Of a stretch of 64,000 bases of DNA, positions 43,601 through 53,019 are shown piece by piece. The stretch's first letter is position 1. The number at the start of each line of letters is the position of its first letter. The notes under the pieces are model-generated. The model had not been told where the DNA came from. It did not search any database and was given only the letters and a program-made list of their open reading frames with translations. The DNA is from a virus, in IMG/VR virus record IMGVR_UViG_3300037808_001018; one strand, written 5' to 3'. The position numbers were made by a program, and so were the translations under genes.

Positions 43601-46120
43601 GCCCGTCTTGCCCGCTACCGAATCAACGGGGTAATCCGGGTTGCTGTAAACCCCGTCATTTCCCAGGTAAGCGTCGCCCGATCCACTATCAAGAAGCCCA
43701 TCTAGAAGGGCCTTGTTAGTGTGCATGTGGCGATCCATTGTATTGGTCGCGATAGCCGTTTGTTCAGCATCCGTTAACCAGTTGTGGTCTACCGTTTCGG
43801 TGATGTCATCGGCATCGAGCGTCACCGTGCCGGTTTTGCCCGCTACCGAATCAACGGGAGCGCTTGGCGGTGACGTGTAAGCACCCGAATCGTCTAGCCA
43901 TGACGAGCCCGATCCGCTATCGATAATACCATCAAGGATGGCGCGGTTCGCGTTATTGGTATGGCGATCCGCTGTATTGGCCGCGATGGCCGTTTGCTCG
44001 GCATCCGTTAACCAGTTGTGATCAATCGTTTCGGTGATGTCATCGCCATCCAGGGTGACCACTCCTGTCTTACCCGCTACCGAATCAACGGGGGCATCCT
44101 CGGCCAACCATGGGGGAGCATCCGAAACAATGAACTCGCCATACCCGTCGTCGGATTCCTTTTTCTTGTACCAAGTAACCTCTTCGGTATCCGGGTCCGT
44201 GTGATGAATGTAATCCCCCACACCACCGGGGGAAAGGCGTCCACTGAGAACAGGCTCATCCCCCACCGACTCAATCACCTGACTACTGAAATCAGCAGTC
44301 AGCGCGGGCGTCATGATCCCCTTTATCGCATCCAGGGTCATGATATTCCATTCAGCGGGGGCAAACTCGTTAGTCGGGTCCAGGGGTTCCTTCTTCCAAA
44401 TGTTCCCGTGCTCGTCTTCGTAAATTGCACCACGAAACCCTAACGAAGCGTCAGGCGGTCCAGTTCCTTCGAAGTGAGGCGTGACCGTTATTGTTGGCTT
44501 CGTTTTGTAAGGAACACTGCCTAATGGTGCTTTAAGATCGGTTGGAGGCTTTTTAGTTTCACTCCATGAAGCATCTCCATCCTTACCCGCCTTCCGCTCG
44601 TAGGATTTTGATGCAGGATTGGTAGGCGGGCCTTCAACCTCCGACCATTGTTCTGGAGTGAACCCGCCATTAGGCTTTTCAAGTCTTGGAATCCACTTAT
44701 ACCACTTCCCATTGTCCATGAGAAGTAAATCACCAACTTCTGGATTCGCAGGCTTGTTAGATTCAGTATAAAAGCCTTCTTGATCAAGCGCGTCAGAATC
44801 CACATAAGGAACTCTTGGCCAGGGGCTATCCACATCCAGCGGAACCTTGCCGACAAGGGGTTTCCCGTTAGTCTGGGGCGGCTTGTCTAGCTTAAGCTCA
44901 ACGCCGTCTAGCTTAGTCTTAGGCCCGTCGCCATCGTCCTCGACGACAACCTTGGCAGTGACCGTGCCCCCTCCAGGCGTGGTTACCGCGTCGCCTGCCC
45001 CAGGTCCATTACACTTGGCCACCTCGACTGAATCAGACTTGGTTTTCTCCCAGCTAATGACTCGCGAGACGCCGCCTTTGCCAACGCGCTTTCCCCCAGT
45101 GGTTTTCACGAAGAGCACACGCTGCTGAATCTTCAGCTCGCGATTTTCCCAAGAAAGCTTAACGCAATCCCCTTTAGTGTCAGCGGTAAACGCAGACGTT
45201 AGCGGAAGCTTCCCAACTTTCCCGAAGTCGACAAAGCCCAAATCTGAAATATCGAGTAACTTCTTTGGCTCTTGATCAAACAGCCCGCCACCGTCATCGC
45301 CTCCCCCGGCTGCGGCACCTCCACCACCATCACCATCGTCGAAGTTGTCCTCTTCATCGACTTCTTCAGGGTCACTACACTCAATCTTATTGGGTGGCGA
45401 GCTTGGGGATAACCAGACATCGCTAGATAGGTCTTGTTGGCGATCCGTGCCGTCCGTGGTCGTCACAATGCCCGCGCCTGTGTCTATCTTGCCAATGGGT
45501 ATAAATATCTGCCCTTCTTTCCCCTCAAAGTCTTCTAGCTTGGACTTTGATCTGCCTTGTCCGCCTGAGATGGTGGGATCATCCTCACAATGCACCTCCA
45601 AGGGTGGCGCTTCAGGCAATTTATCTGGGGGAAGCTTGCCTTCTGCTTTTATAGAAATGGGCGTCTCATGCTCGGCGTCCATAAGCCACTCGCTTTTGCC
45701 GAAAATAACCTGTACCTCCATGAACACGATATCACCATCACTGACTTCAATGAAGTTCTGACCGGCATCGATGCTCGCTTGGGTGTGAATGTCCGCAAAA
45801 AATGGCCGCGCCCGGTTTACGCCTTCCTGGCAGAACACGGTGCCGTGCTCAATAAAAGCCTTCCAACCGTTGCCTTTTGCCAGCGTAATCTGAAAAGGAT
45901 GGCGGCTGTTTCGGGCCACATCGCCTTCCGTGGTGTGTAACGTTATGTTCCCCCCGGCATCCGTGCTTTTAATGATTCCAGGCCCAGTGTTTACCTGTGC
46001 AAAGGCACTTTTGCCCTCAAGAGCGGCCTCTTGCAAGGCATTGATACGCGTTGCTGTAACGACATCCAGTAGCGGTTGCCCTGGCGTAACGGGTGTTAGT
46101 TTGCTTTTCTTGTCTGGCAT
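40607..46120 (-). CDS. giant repeat-rich tail fibre protein (1837 aa)
   Basis: More than ten ~70-aa units of PVDSVAGKTGVVTLDGDDITETVDHNWLTDAEQTAIAANTTDRHTNNANRAILDGII, with HTH(T/A)NK variants. It also has a C-terminal ADHVSQTASRKFVTQSQLTDIA repeat family. Confidence 0.7.
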   Translation of the reverse strand: MPDKKSKLTPVTPGQPLLDVVTATRINALQEAALEGKSAFAQVNTGPGIIKSTDAGGNITLHTTEGDVARNSRHPFQITLAKGNGWKAFIEHGTVFCQEGVNRARPFFADIHTQASIDAGQNFIEVSDGDIVFMEVQVIFGKSEWLMDAEHETPISIKAEGKLPPDKLPEAPPLEVHCEDDPTISGGQGRSKSKLEDFEGKEGQIFIPIGKIDTGAGIVTTTDGTDRQQDLSSDVWLSPSSPPNKIECSDPEEVDEEDNFDDGDGGGGAAAGGGDDGGGLFDQEPKKLLDISDLGFVDFGKVGKLPLTSAFTADTKGDCVKLSWENRELKIQQRVLFVKTTGGKRVGKGGVSRVISWEKTKSDSVEVAKCNGPGAGDAVTTPGGGTVTAKVVVEDDGDGPKTKLDGVELKLDKPPQTNGKPLVGKVPLDVDSPWPRVPYVDSDALDQEGFYTESNKPANPEVGDLLLMDNGKWYKWIPRLEKPNGGFTPEQWSEVEGPPTNPASKSYERKAGKDGDASWSETKKPPTDLKAPLGSVPYKTKPTITVTPHFEGTGPPDASLGFRGAIYEDEHGNIWKKEPLDPTNEFAPAEWNIMTLDAIKGIMTPALTADFSSQVIESVGDEPVLSGRLSPGGVGDYIHHTDPDTEEVTWYKKKESDDGYGEFIVSDAPPWLAEDAPVDSVAGKTGVVTLDGDDITETIDHNWLTDAEQTAIAANTADRHTNNANRAILDGIIDSGSGSSWLDDSGAYTSPPSAPVDSVAGKTGTVTLDADDITETVDHNWLTDAEQTAIATNTMDRHMHTNKALLDGLLDSGSGDAYLGNDGVYSNPDYPVDSVAGKTGVVTLDGDDITETVDHNWLTDAEQTAIAANTTDRHTNNANRAILDGIIATGTASTWLNDSGGYTAPPSAPVDSVAGKTGVVTLDADDITETVDHNWLTDAEQTAIAANTTDRHTNNANRAILDGIIDTGSASTWLDDSGAYSAPPAAHTHTNKTLLDGIIDTGSASTWLDDTGAYSAPPAAHTHANKAILDGIIDTGTGSKWYDDSGAYTEPPSAPVDSVAGKTGVVTLDGDDITETVDHNWLTDAEQTAIAANTTDRHTDNANRAVLDGIIATGTASTWLNDSGGYTAPPSAPVDSVAGKTGVVTLDADDITETVDHNWLTDAEQTAIATNTMDRHMHTNKALLDGLIDSGSGDAYLGNDGVYSNPDYPVDSVAGKTGVVTLDGDDITETVDHNWLTDAEQTAIAANTTDRHTNNANRAILDGIIATGTASTWLNDSGGYTAPDADDITETVDHNWLTDAEQTAIAANTTDRHTDNANRAILDGIIATGTGSLWYDDSGNYSEPPSPHYKNWSASSYDYTEGEMVRVDGVIYIVELGHTSSMTTKPGAGASWATYWDRVVHDLDADDITETVDHNWLTDAEQTAIAANTADRHTDNANRAVLDTITQADLDEVGNLISNGSGSTYKKDDGTYGSVSADHVSQTASNKFVTQSQLTDIAANTADRHTDNANRAVLDTITQGDLDEVGNLISNGSGSTWKNDSGGYSAPPDTLYDIAFSPTSGAFDLRENGSTITTIFIPQYNIAYSPASGAFDFRKDGVTIKSIVIPDENTKYTVTWDNGTRNLTVDPSDAVPYNLNIPFGDANDIAETTSRKFITQADLDEVGNLISNGSGSTYKKDDGTYGSVSADHVSQTASRKFVTQSQLTDIADNTTARHTDNVNRTILDTITQADLDDIADNTTARHTDNVNRTILDTITQGDLNEVGNLISNGSGSTYKKDDGTYGGVSADHVSQTASRKFVTQSQLTDIGEIPLWWPKTSPGDGTYTGFTISGGSVTFNT
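40700..44110 (-). repeat. array of long near-identical coding tandem repeats inside the fibre gene
   Basis: For example, 40862-40924 vs 40934-40996 and ~40704 vs ~41006 are near-perfect DNA copies. Units of ~200-210 nt recur from ~41800 to ~44100. Confidence 0.85.
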
Positions 46121-46908
46121 TAGGTGATAGAGCGGTAAATATCAGAATCCCATTCCCCTAGCATATATTCAATCGTTGCTTCATAGGATGTTCCTACCTG
46201 ACGATAAGACACGCCGACCTTAAGCCATGAATAGCCACTAGGAGTCGCTGGCCTGCCTTCTACTGAGGAGCCGCTAAATCGTTTTCCTATACCGGCGTTT
46301 GATGGTTTTGACCTCCGTTGCTGATTGACCTTCCATCGCGCCCCATTAAAATTAAGGAAGCTTTGGACGCCCGCAAATTTGCTCTTCGTGCGGCCATCAT
46401 AACCAAACCTCGAAAAGTAGCCTTCACCCTTGGGATTCGCGCCCTTAACGACTTCATGCGTGTGCGCGTCGAGGAAGATAGCCCCATTCTTTGGGGTGCC
46501 TGGCTCACCGGCAAATTTCTTAAAATCGGGATGAAGCTGGATAGGGCTTTCACCTACCCCCGCCACCCATTCATACGTCTCTTTCTCAACCGAATCATCA
46601 TCTGACTCATTGGTTACACCTTTATAAGACGCCGAGACAATAATAAGTTGCTCTTCGTAGGTGTGCGCCCATGACTCTAATGTCAGGTTGTAAGCACCAC
46701 GGATCGATTCAACGTGAAAGGCGGATATGCTCTTCTTTACATCAGGAAGTACCCCCGTGTATTCATCTGGCGTGATGAAGTATTCCTTGCTGCCTTGATA
46801 GACACAATTAAGAGTAACAGGTTGTGATATGGAATCAGACAAGGTCCACCCTGGCTGCAATGTTAGCGCCGGGTTGCCATAACTTATGATGTCGGTTCGT
46901 GTGCTCAT
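46120..46908 (-). CDS. distal tail / baseplate-position protein
   Basis: 262 aa, between the Dit-like gene and the fibre gene, with coupled stops and starts. Confidence 0.4.
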   Translation of the reverse strand: MSTRTDIISYGNPALTLQPGWTLSDSISQPVTLNCVYQGSKEYFITPDEYTGVLPDVKKSISAFHVESIRGAYNLTLESWAHTYEEQLIIVSASYKGVTNESDDDSVEKETYEWVAGVGESPIQLHPDFKKFAGEPGTPKNGAIFLDAHTHEVVKGANPKGEGYFSRFGYDGRTKSKFAGVQSFLNFNGARWKVNQQRRSKPSNAGIGKRFSGSSVEGRPATPSGYSWLKVGVSYRQVGTSYEATIEYMLGEWDSDIYRSIT

Positions 46909-48083
46909 TAGGTGTATTCAACGATGGCTTGCCAGTAGATGTATCGCGTTTCACCAGCCGGGACAGGCGAATCCAATATGACTACCATTCCTTTCTCCGT
47001 AACACTGCTAACAATAATACTTGCGTCAATGCTATCGCTAGTTTCATTTGGCTTGCTTACATTAACCTTCTGAAAGGCGGGTGGAGATTGCCACCCCTGC
47101 GAACTATAATCAATCGCCTTCCGTTCCTCTCCTGGGCCTAGTGTAACATACCCGAAAGCCATTAGGTCATCTTCCTCGTTAACATCCCTTACGATCCAGG
47201 CCAATTGCCCCGAAGTCTCGGCAGGCGCATCGAATTCAAACGTAAATCCAGTTGTCGAAAGTGAGTTTTCTGTAATATGCCCTTCGATAATGGTCCCGCC
47301 TGGGGGGATAACTAGACTCCAGTTCCACCATGCATCAGTGACCGCTGTATGGGTAACCGCTACGCTCGACTGATTTACCGCGATATTCTCAACGCCCCAC
47401 TGATAGCTAGTTGAGCCAGTGTAGACGCCGTTTTCATCGGCCCGATACGAAAGCGCGTAATTGAGTCCTGCTTGCGGAGTCGCTTCGAGAAGGAATGTCG
47501 CTACGCCATCCACGAAGTTTTGGAAATGACCCTTGATCGTTGGGCTTCCGCTTGGCCCACTAAGATCAACTAACGAATTAACTGGAGTGCCGACAAATTC
47601 AGGAGGCATAGCAACGGTAACGATTTGCCCGTCCACCACGGGCGTGCTTCCAAGCGCAGCACCATCTTGATTAATAAATATGTCAGGCAAAATCACCATG
47701 GAATATGCTGACCCTGTAATCACACAAGTAATGTAATCGGTGTTGGATCGGTCAATGGATCGCTCTTCAACGAAAAATGAAACACCGTTATAGCGAAAGC
47801 CTTGGGCTTCGTTGAAGAGAGTCTCACAATGCAAGAACCCTTCAATCCGATAAGTGGAGTAATCAGGCCCAATCACTCGAAAAATAGTGTTGCCATCCGC
47901 ATCTGTGTTCTGATGCTTGTATTCCGGCTGGACCTGAATCGACATCGATGTGGGATACATCCCCACGTTGGCAACAATCTTTTGGATGTCTTCGACTCTA
48001 TCAAAGCCGAACATGTAATCAGGATTACCACCAATGGCAGCGCCACTGCTAACGAGAGAGTTGAAATGTGATTGATTGAACAT
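46908..48083 (-). CDS. distal tail (Dit-like) protein, paralogous to the tail tube at its N-terminus
   Basis: 391 aa, directly downstream of the tape measure. Its N-terminal ~130 aa align with 52389..53000. Confidence 0.5.
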   Translation of the reverse strand: MFNQSHFNSLVSSGAAIGGNPDYMFGFDRVEDIQKIVANVGMYPTSMSIQVQPEYKHQNTDADGNTIFRVIGPDYSTYRIEGFLHCETLFNEAQGFRYNGVSFFVEERSIDRSNTDYITCVITGSAYSMVILPDIFINQDGAALGSTPVVDGQIVTVAMPPEFVGTPVNSLVDLSGPSGSPTIKGHFQNFVDGVATFLLEATPQAGLNYALSYRADENGVYTGSTSYQWGVENIAVNQSSVAVTHTAVTDAWWNWSLVIPPGGTIIEGHITENSLSTTGFTFEFDAPAETSGQLAWIVRDVNEEDDLMAFGYVTLGPGEERKAIDYSSQGWQSPPAFQKVNVSKPNETSDSIDASIIVSSVTEKGMVVILDSPVPAGETRYIYWQAIVEYT

Positions 48084-48084
48084 C

Positions 48085-51000
48085 TTACTCTTTTAACGTC
48101 AGTGGTGATTTGTTGTTCGTCTTATTAGCCTTTTCTAACTCGGTTAACATGCGCTCTTGGATCGAGTTGCTCTTCTCTTGTTGCGCTACCATTGGATCAA
48201 TAGTCAACGGGCCACTGACATTACGAGCGCCACCAATCCGCGTTAGGTCATCCGTCACGGCGAGGAGACGCCCTCGCGCTTCCATGTTCTTATTGTTTCG
48301 CTCCCGCGCCCTTTCGCTAGTACGTTGCTGTTGCTCCGCATCGACTAACCTCTGAGCGACTTCAGGCTTGAGTCGCTGGTTTACCCTTAGATCAAACAAG
48401 CGTTGCTGCATTTCAATCTGATCCCTCATGGCATCCGCCTCTTCTCTGAGACGATCCGCAACTTTGTGATTGCCTAACAACTCTTGACGCCTTGCCGCGA
48501 TGGACTTGAATTCAGCCGCCGCTGAACGCATGGCCTCTTGCTGCTTGGCTTGGTTCTCTTTATCGAAGGTATCCAGGCGGCTTTTTATTTCTCCCTCTTG
48601 TTGCTTGGCTGGAACGGTAGCCTTGACCTTGTCGATGATGTCTTTCCTAGCCCTCTCATCAATCTTATCTCTTATCTTGGCAAGCCTCTCCGCACTCTTC
48701 AGGTTAGCGTTAGCAAGCCTTTCTTGGCCTGACAGTGAGTTTATAGTCGCCTCTGCGATGAGTGAACGGATTCTGAACTCGGCCCGTGCCGTCTCCAATA
48801 GCTTGTTGGCCGTTTTCTCAGCATAAGCTCTTTCGATTTGAAGTTGTTTTATCCTTTCATCGGCAACCCCGCTCCTAGCTGGATCAGTTTCATTGAGGCG
48901 TTCAAGGGTCTTAATGTCCTCGTCGAAATTGATAAGCTGTGCCTCTATTCCTTTTTTCGTCCCAAGGCGCTCAAGCCTTTTCGTTATTGCCTTCTCATGC
49001 TCTTTTTCTAGCTTGATCTGCCTTTCCTTCATCCGTGTTTCCATTTTCAGATCCGCATGAGCTTGCATGCCAAGGTCGCGATCCTCCGTGGCCTTGGCTT
49101 TCGCCGACGCCGCGTTCACCTCAAGTTTATTAGCTTCCCGTGTTAACGTGCGAAGTCTCTCCCTTGCTTGCTTCTCAGCTTTCTCGTCCTCATTCCCAAT
49201 TGCCCTGTTCAATTCGGCCTGCGCTGCTCGGATGAATGAATTGATCTTGGTCACTTGCCTGTCTGCATCAACAATGTCGCTCTTGAACTTAATGGCGATT
49301 TCTTTCTCGGTCGGCAAGGCGTTAAACTCGTCTTGCTTGGCCTTAAACTCGTTTTTAGTTATGGCCTTTCTAGCGTTAACCTCGGCCATCTGCTTCTTTA
49401 TGTCGTCCAACGCTGCTTTGGGTGTCCCACCAAAATCGGCGCGGGCATCTGACCGCATATTCGCTAACCTGTTTGCTAGCTTATCATATTCTTTGTTGAG
49501 CTTCATTAACTCTTCCGCCTTAGCCGACATCTGGTCCTTAATGACATCACGCTCGGCTCCTACGACCTGAGACTCTCTTCTGAAGTTCTCCGCGTTCTCC
49601 ATGTTCATCGTTGCCTTTTCTACGGCCCTTCCCCATTCCTTTGTCTCGCTCCGCAGATCGTGCAATTGTTGCTTAGGCGTTAAGAACGTGCGCTTAAATG
49701 CCCTTTCCTGGCGCTCCAATGAGCGAATCATGGCCTGTTCCTCTAGCTTACGTGCCTTTTCGTCATCTGTCTTTCGCAATGCGGTGACATTAATTGGATT
49801 TTTGCGTTGAGATTCCACTATCCGGCGAATCGACGCTAGGCCCTCTTTGGCCGCTTTGATCTGCCCTTTATGCCCTTTCGCCTCGGCTTTGGTGAGGCGC
49901 TCCCTCGCTTGGCGTAACTGATTGACCTGCTCCCTATAATAAGCTGTTGCATCCGCCACGCTAGTTATCTCCGATGCCTGTTTAGCCAGCTTCTTCACGG
50001 CTTTGTCTGACGCCTTGTTGATTTCCTCCATCGCTTTACGTGCGGCAACGGCCCGTGCTCTCAACGTAAGCAGCACCCCGGCTAACAAAGTCACCCCTGC
50101 TACTACGCCTCCCACGCCGGTCGTGACTGCCTTAAGCGAGCCAACGATAAACCCTCGAATTCCTCTTCCTACCGCTTTTACTACAGGAACCAAATTTTTA
50201 TAAGTTGTAATCAGAACAGTGAGCGCACCATGGCTTGCTTTTGCCGCCTTGGTCTGACCACGCATTGTCGCCGCCACCCGCTTTTGAAATTTGTTTGTGC
50301 TCGCTCTCTCTTTACTAATCATCGGGTATGGCAACTGCAAAGCCTGCTTGCTTGCCTTGGAACTTGCACCAAAAGCTTGAACCGTCGCCGCGCCAAACCC
50401 TTTCATCGAGTCTTTCCATCCGGCAATGGCACCCTTGATGCCGCCTCCTTTAAACCCCGCAATTAATCCTTTTAAAGATGTCCCGATTTGCTTCATCGGA
50501 CCATCAGTCAAAGCTTTTGCAGACATGCTTGCCGCTGCAAAACCACCTGTGCTTTTCTTTTTAAGCTTTAACAGACTAGCGATCACTCCAGCGATTGACC
50601 CGGCTGATAACGCATACATCGATGAACTGAGCAGTGACACACTGTTCTCAATGAGCCCATTAATACCAAGGAATTTCGCCCCAAAATTAATAACAGAAGC
50701 TTTTGCTTTCTCGATAAAAGTCGGGATTTCTGACAAATCTTTCCCTAACTGTTCTACTCCAGGCGTCATCGCTTCGAACAGATTGGTCATGGCTTTGACA
50801 GATTCCTTCTCCGCATCGAGGAACCCCTGCCCAAACGCGGACTTCATCTTTTCCTTGGTATCCATCAAGTTGCTTTCGAGCGTGACCAAGTTGTTAGACA
50901 TATTCTCCATTGCCCCATTTGTGCGCTCTAGCTCCGTCGCGACAACTTTCCAAATTTCCGAACCCGACTTACCCGCTGCGGTTAACGACTCGATTTGTGA

Positions 51001-51714
51001 TCGTGCCACGCCTGATAACAGTCCTAACTCTTGCATCCGCATGGCGGAAACCCCTGCCGGTCTTCCACTTTGCAAAGCGTCATAGAGGCGACCAATGGTC
51101 CGTGACATCTCAGCAAAACTAACGCCAGCGACCGCTGCGGCATCGCCAACCGTGGTCATCCCTTCTTTTGAAGACATTGCGCCACGCGTTAGTGTCTCCA
51201 GGGTCTTGTTGGCGTTGATTAAATCGCCCAACTCGAATGGCGTGCCAATCGCAAAATCTTCGAGAGAACGCAAGCGTGTCTTGGCTTCTGAGATGCTACC
51301 TAACAACGGAACGAACTCAGTCGTCAGTGCCTCAATGTCAGCGGAAGCGCCAATCGACAAGGCGCGAAACCTATCTGTTAGACGATTGATCCCTTTGATT
51401 GCCGCCGTACTCGCAAACAATATCATCTGGAACCGGCCCAACACGGCCTCTTCCAAGGCTACCCCAATCCCGGTGAGTGCAGCACTTACTTTGCTACCCG
51501 TGGCGGCATACGCCAACATGCTTTCCGTTAGAATAGATATCGCGCCATCCGCTTTGTGCGAGAAGTCCTCGACACTCTTGGCACTCGCTTTGGATGTTTT
51601 TTTAACGTCATCACCGAGCTTCTTGAACTCTTTTTGAGTCTTCTTTACATTTTCGACTAACTGCTTATTATCAAAGCTTCCTTCGACCTTCAGTTCTGGA
51701 TTTTCTTCTGCCAT
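48085..51714 (-). CDS. tail tape measure protein
   Basis: 1209 aa with long coiled coils, central hydrophobic Gly/Ala segments, and the expected position between tube and distal tail genes. Confidence 0.8.
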   Translation of the reverse strand: MAEENPELKVEGSFDNKQLVENVKKTQKEFKKLGDDVKKTSKASAKSVEDFSHKADGAISILTESMLAYAATGSKVSAALTGIGVALEEAVLGRFQMILFASTAAIKGINRLTDRFRALSIGASADIEALTTEFVPLLGSISEAKTRLRSLEDFAIGTPFELGDLINANKTLETLTRGAMSSKEGMTTVGDAAAVAGVSFAEMSRTIGRLYDALQSGRPAGVSAMRMQELGLLSGVARSQIESLTAAGKSGSEIWKVVATELERTNGAMENMSNNLVTLESNLMDTKEKMKSAFGQGFLDAEKESVKAMTNLFEAMTPGVEQLGKDLSEIPTFIEKAKASVINFGAKFLGINGLIENSVSLLSSSMYALSAGSIAGVIASLLKLKKKSTGGFAAASMSAKALTDGPMKQIGTSLKGLIAGFKGGGIKGAIAGWKDSMKGFGAATVQAFGASSKASKQALQLPYPMISKERASTNKFQKRVAATMRGQTKAAKASHGALTVLITTYKNLVPVVKAVGRGIRGFIVGSLKAVTTGVGGVVAGVTLLAGVLLTLRARAVAARKAMEEINKASDKAVKKLAKQASEITSVADATAYYREQVNQLRQARERLTKAEAKGHKGQIKAAKEGLASIRRIVESQRKNPINVTALRKTDDEKARKLEEQAMIRSLERQERAFKRTFLTPKQQLHDLRSETKEWGRAVEKATMNMENAENFRRESQVVGAERDVIKDQMSAKAEELMKLNKEYDKLANRLANMRSDARADFGGTPKAALDDIKKQMAEVNARKAITKNEFKAKQDEFNALPTEKEIAIKFKSDIVDADRQVTKINSFIRAAQAELNRAIGNEDEKAEKQARERLRTLTREANKLEVNAASAKAKATEDRDLGMQAHADLKMETRMKERQIKLEKEHEKAITKRLERLGTKKGIEAQLINFDEDIKTLERLNETDPARSGVADERIKQLQIERAYAEKTANKLLETARAEFRIRSLIAEATINSLSGQERLANANLKSAERLAKIRDKIDERARKDIIDKVKATVPAKQQEGEIKSRLDTFDKENQAKQQEAMRSAAAEFKSIAARRQELLGNHKVADRLREEADAMRDQIEMQQRLFDLRVNQRLKPEVAQRLVDAEQQQRTSERARERNNKNMEARGRLLAVTDDLTRIGGARNVSGPLTIDPMVAQQEKSNSIQERMLTELEKANKTNNKSPLTLKE

Positions 51715-52358
51715 TAGAGCTTTCCTTCCTTAATAACGCCATCTGCTTTTAGCTTTTTGATCATGGCGAGGTGTTGCTTATCTTCCTCCGTCACCAACTT
51801 GAAGTCGGCATTCTCTAGACTTTGGAATCCTGCACTGTACCAGTGGAGCTTTCCTAACGGCATTTCCCAAACATCGTCCTCAGCCCAACCAGTGTGTTTG
51901 ATCATGGCGCACGCCATGCTCAACTCATCCGGCAGGCGCTGACCGGTGCCCCCCTTGTCGAGTCGCTTAACCGTGCTTCCCGTGGATTTCACTTCAGGCG
52001 GTGCAAAGATATCGCCTAGATAGGCATCAAACTTCTTGAGTTCCTTGGCAAAGTCATATCGCCACAACCGCCACCACCACTTTGCGTGCGATAGCGTGGT
52101 GCTTCTGCCAATCTTGGAGAGACGGTCTTCAATTTCATGGGGCCGACTAGAACAGACCACTACGGCTTGTTCCAACTGAGGTAGCGAGATTGATTCCGCT
52201 ACTAGCAGAGGTGAAGATAGAACATTGAGGTAAAACTGGTGAGCAAGGCAGAACGGGCGCAATCGACGGCCCAACACCCGGTGCGAGTGTATAGAGAACG
52301 ATTCACGGTAATCTTTCCAATCCATATACACGAAAGGGGTAGCATCCTTCAATGCCAC
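51714..52358 (-). CDS. hypothetical protein in the tail assembly chaperone position
   Basis: 214 aa, between tail tube and tape measure. No slippery site was identified. Confidence 0.4.
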   Translation of the reverse strand: MALKDATPFVYMDWKDYRESFSIHSHRVLGRRLRPFCLAHQFYLNVLSSPLLVAESISLPQLEQAVVVCSSRPHEIEDRLSKIGRSTTLSHAKWWWRLWRYDFAKELKKFDAYLGDIFAPPEVKSTGSTVKRLDKGGTGQRLPDELSMACAMIKHTGWAEDDVWEMPLGKLHWYSAGFQSLENADFKLVTEEDKQHLAMIKKLKADGVIKEGKL

Positions 52359-52388
52359 CCCTTGCGATAGTGTTTTGCCTGTGTCTAA

Positions 52389-53000
52389 TTAGTAACCAGC
52401 ATTACAAGGGTGCTGAATCCAGTCCCATTGACTGCTAGTGTTGTTCCAACGAATGACATCGCCTGGGAGCATGGCTTGACCGCCTGCGGTGCCGCCAACG
52501 CCAGCCGCAGGTGTTCCGGCGACAGTTACAAGGTAAGCGTGGCCTTTGATCTGGTATGCTGGCAGTGCCAAATCGACAGTGGGCACGGCAGCGTCATAAG
52601 TGTCAACGCAGTAATGCGAAATATTCTCGAAAGTCGTACCACTTAAAGAGGCTTGCTGGTAATCTTGGTTCTGGTAGGAAACTTCCCGGCTAGAAACCGT
52701 GAAAAGCTTATCATCAAACCAAAAATAGGTATTGGCGTTCAGCTTGGCTTCGCAAGTCAGGTAGCCTTCCATGGTGAACTCACCACGGCGTGGGCCTATC
52801 ACATTGCTAACCGTGACGCCCGCTGGGTCTTGGGCGTCGGCCTCGAACTCTGGCGTGTAGTTGATTGATAACGAGGTCGGGCTAACGCCAATCTCATTTG
52901 CGATGCCCGTAACCTCAGTGATTACGGCCCCAGTAGTGCCATTAACAAACCCGAATGCGTATTCGAGGGAGCCAGACTGATTGAAAGGTGATCCATCCAT
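52389..53000 (-). CDS. major tail tube protein candidate
   Basis: 203 aa. The call rests on its position and its paralogy to the Dit-like N-terminus. Confidence 0.5.
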   Translation of the reverse strand: MDGSPFNQSGSLEYAFGFVNGTTGAVITEVTGIANEIGVSPTSLSINYTPEFEADAQDPAGVTVSNVIGPRRGEFTMEGYLTCEAKLNANTYFWFDDKLFTVSSREVSYQNQDYQQASLSGTTFENISHYCVDTYDAAVPTVDLALPAYQIKGHAYLVTVAGTPAAGVGGTAGGQAMLPGDVIRWNNTSSQWDWIQHPCNAGY

Positions 53001-53019
53001 ATTCTTCTCCTTGCGTCAA

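Noticed and set aside
40607-46120. Diversity-generating retroelement or CRISPR-like array, as an explanation for the repeated fibre sequences
   Set aside because: No reverse transcriptase gene or template-repeat/variable-repeat pair with adenine-specific differences was seen. The repeats are in-frame coding units without unique spacers.
48110-51637. Many long plus-strand ORFs (e.g. 49067..49570, 50426..51085, 51095..51637) opposite the tape measure gene
   Set aside because: They are low-complexity Ser/Ala/Leu-rich shadow frames of a 1209-aa minus-strand gene with a clear tape-measure character. None has independent support.
51714-52358. Programmed -1 frameshift of a tail assembly chaperone (G/GT type) upstream of the tape measure
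   Set aside because: There is a single 214-aa ORF. I could find neither a second overlapping frame nor a slippery heptamer, so it is not claimed.
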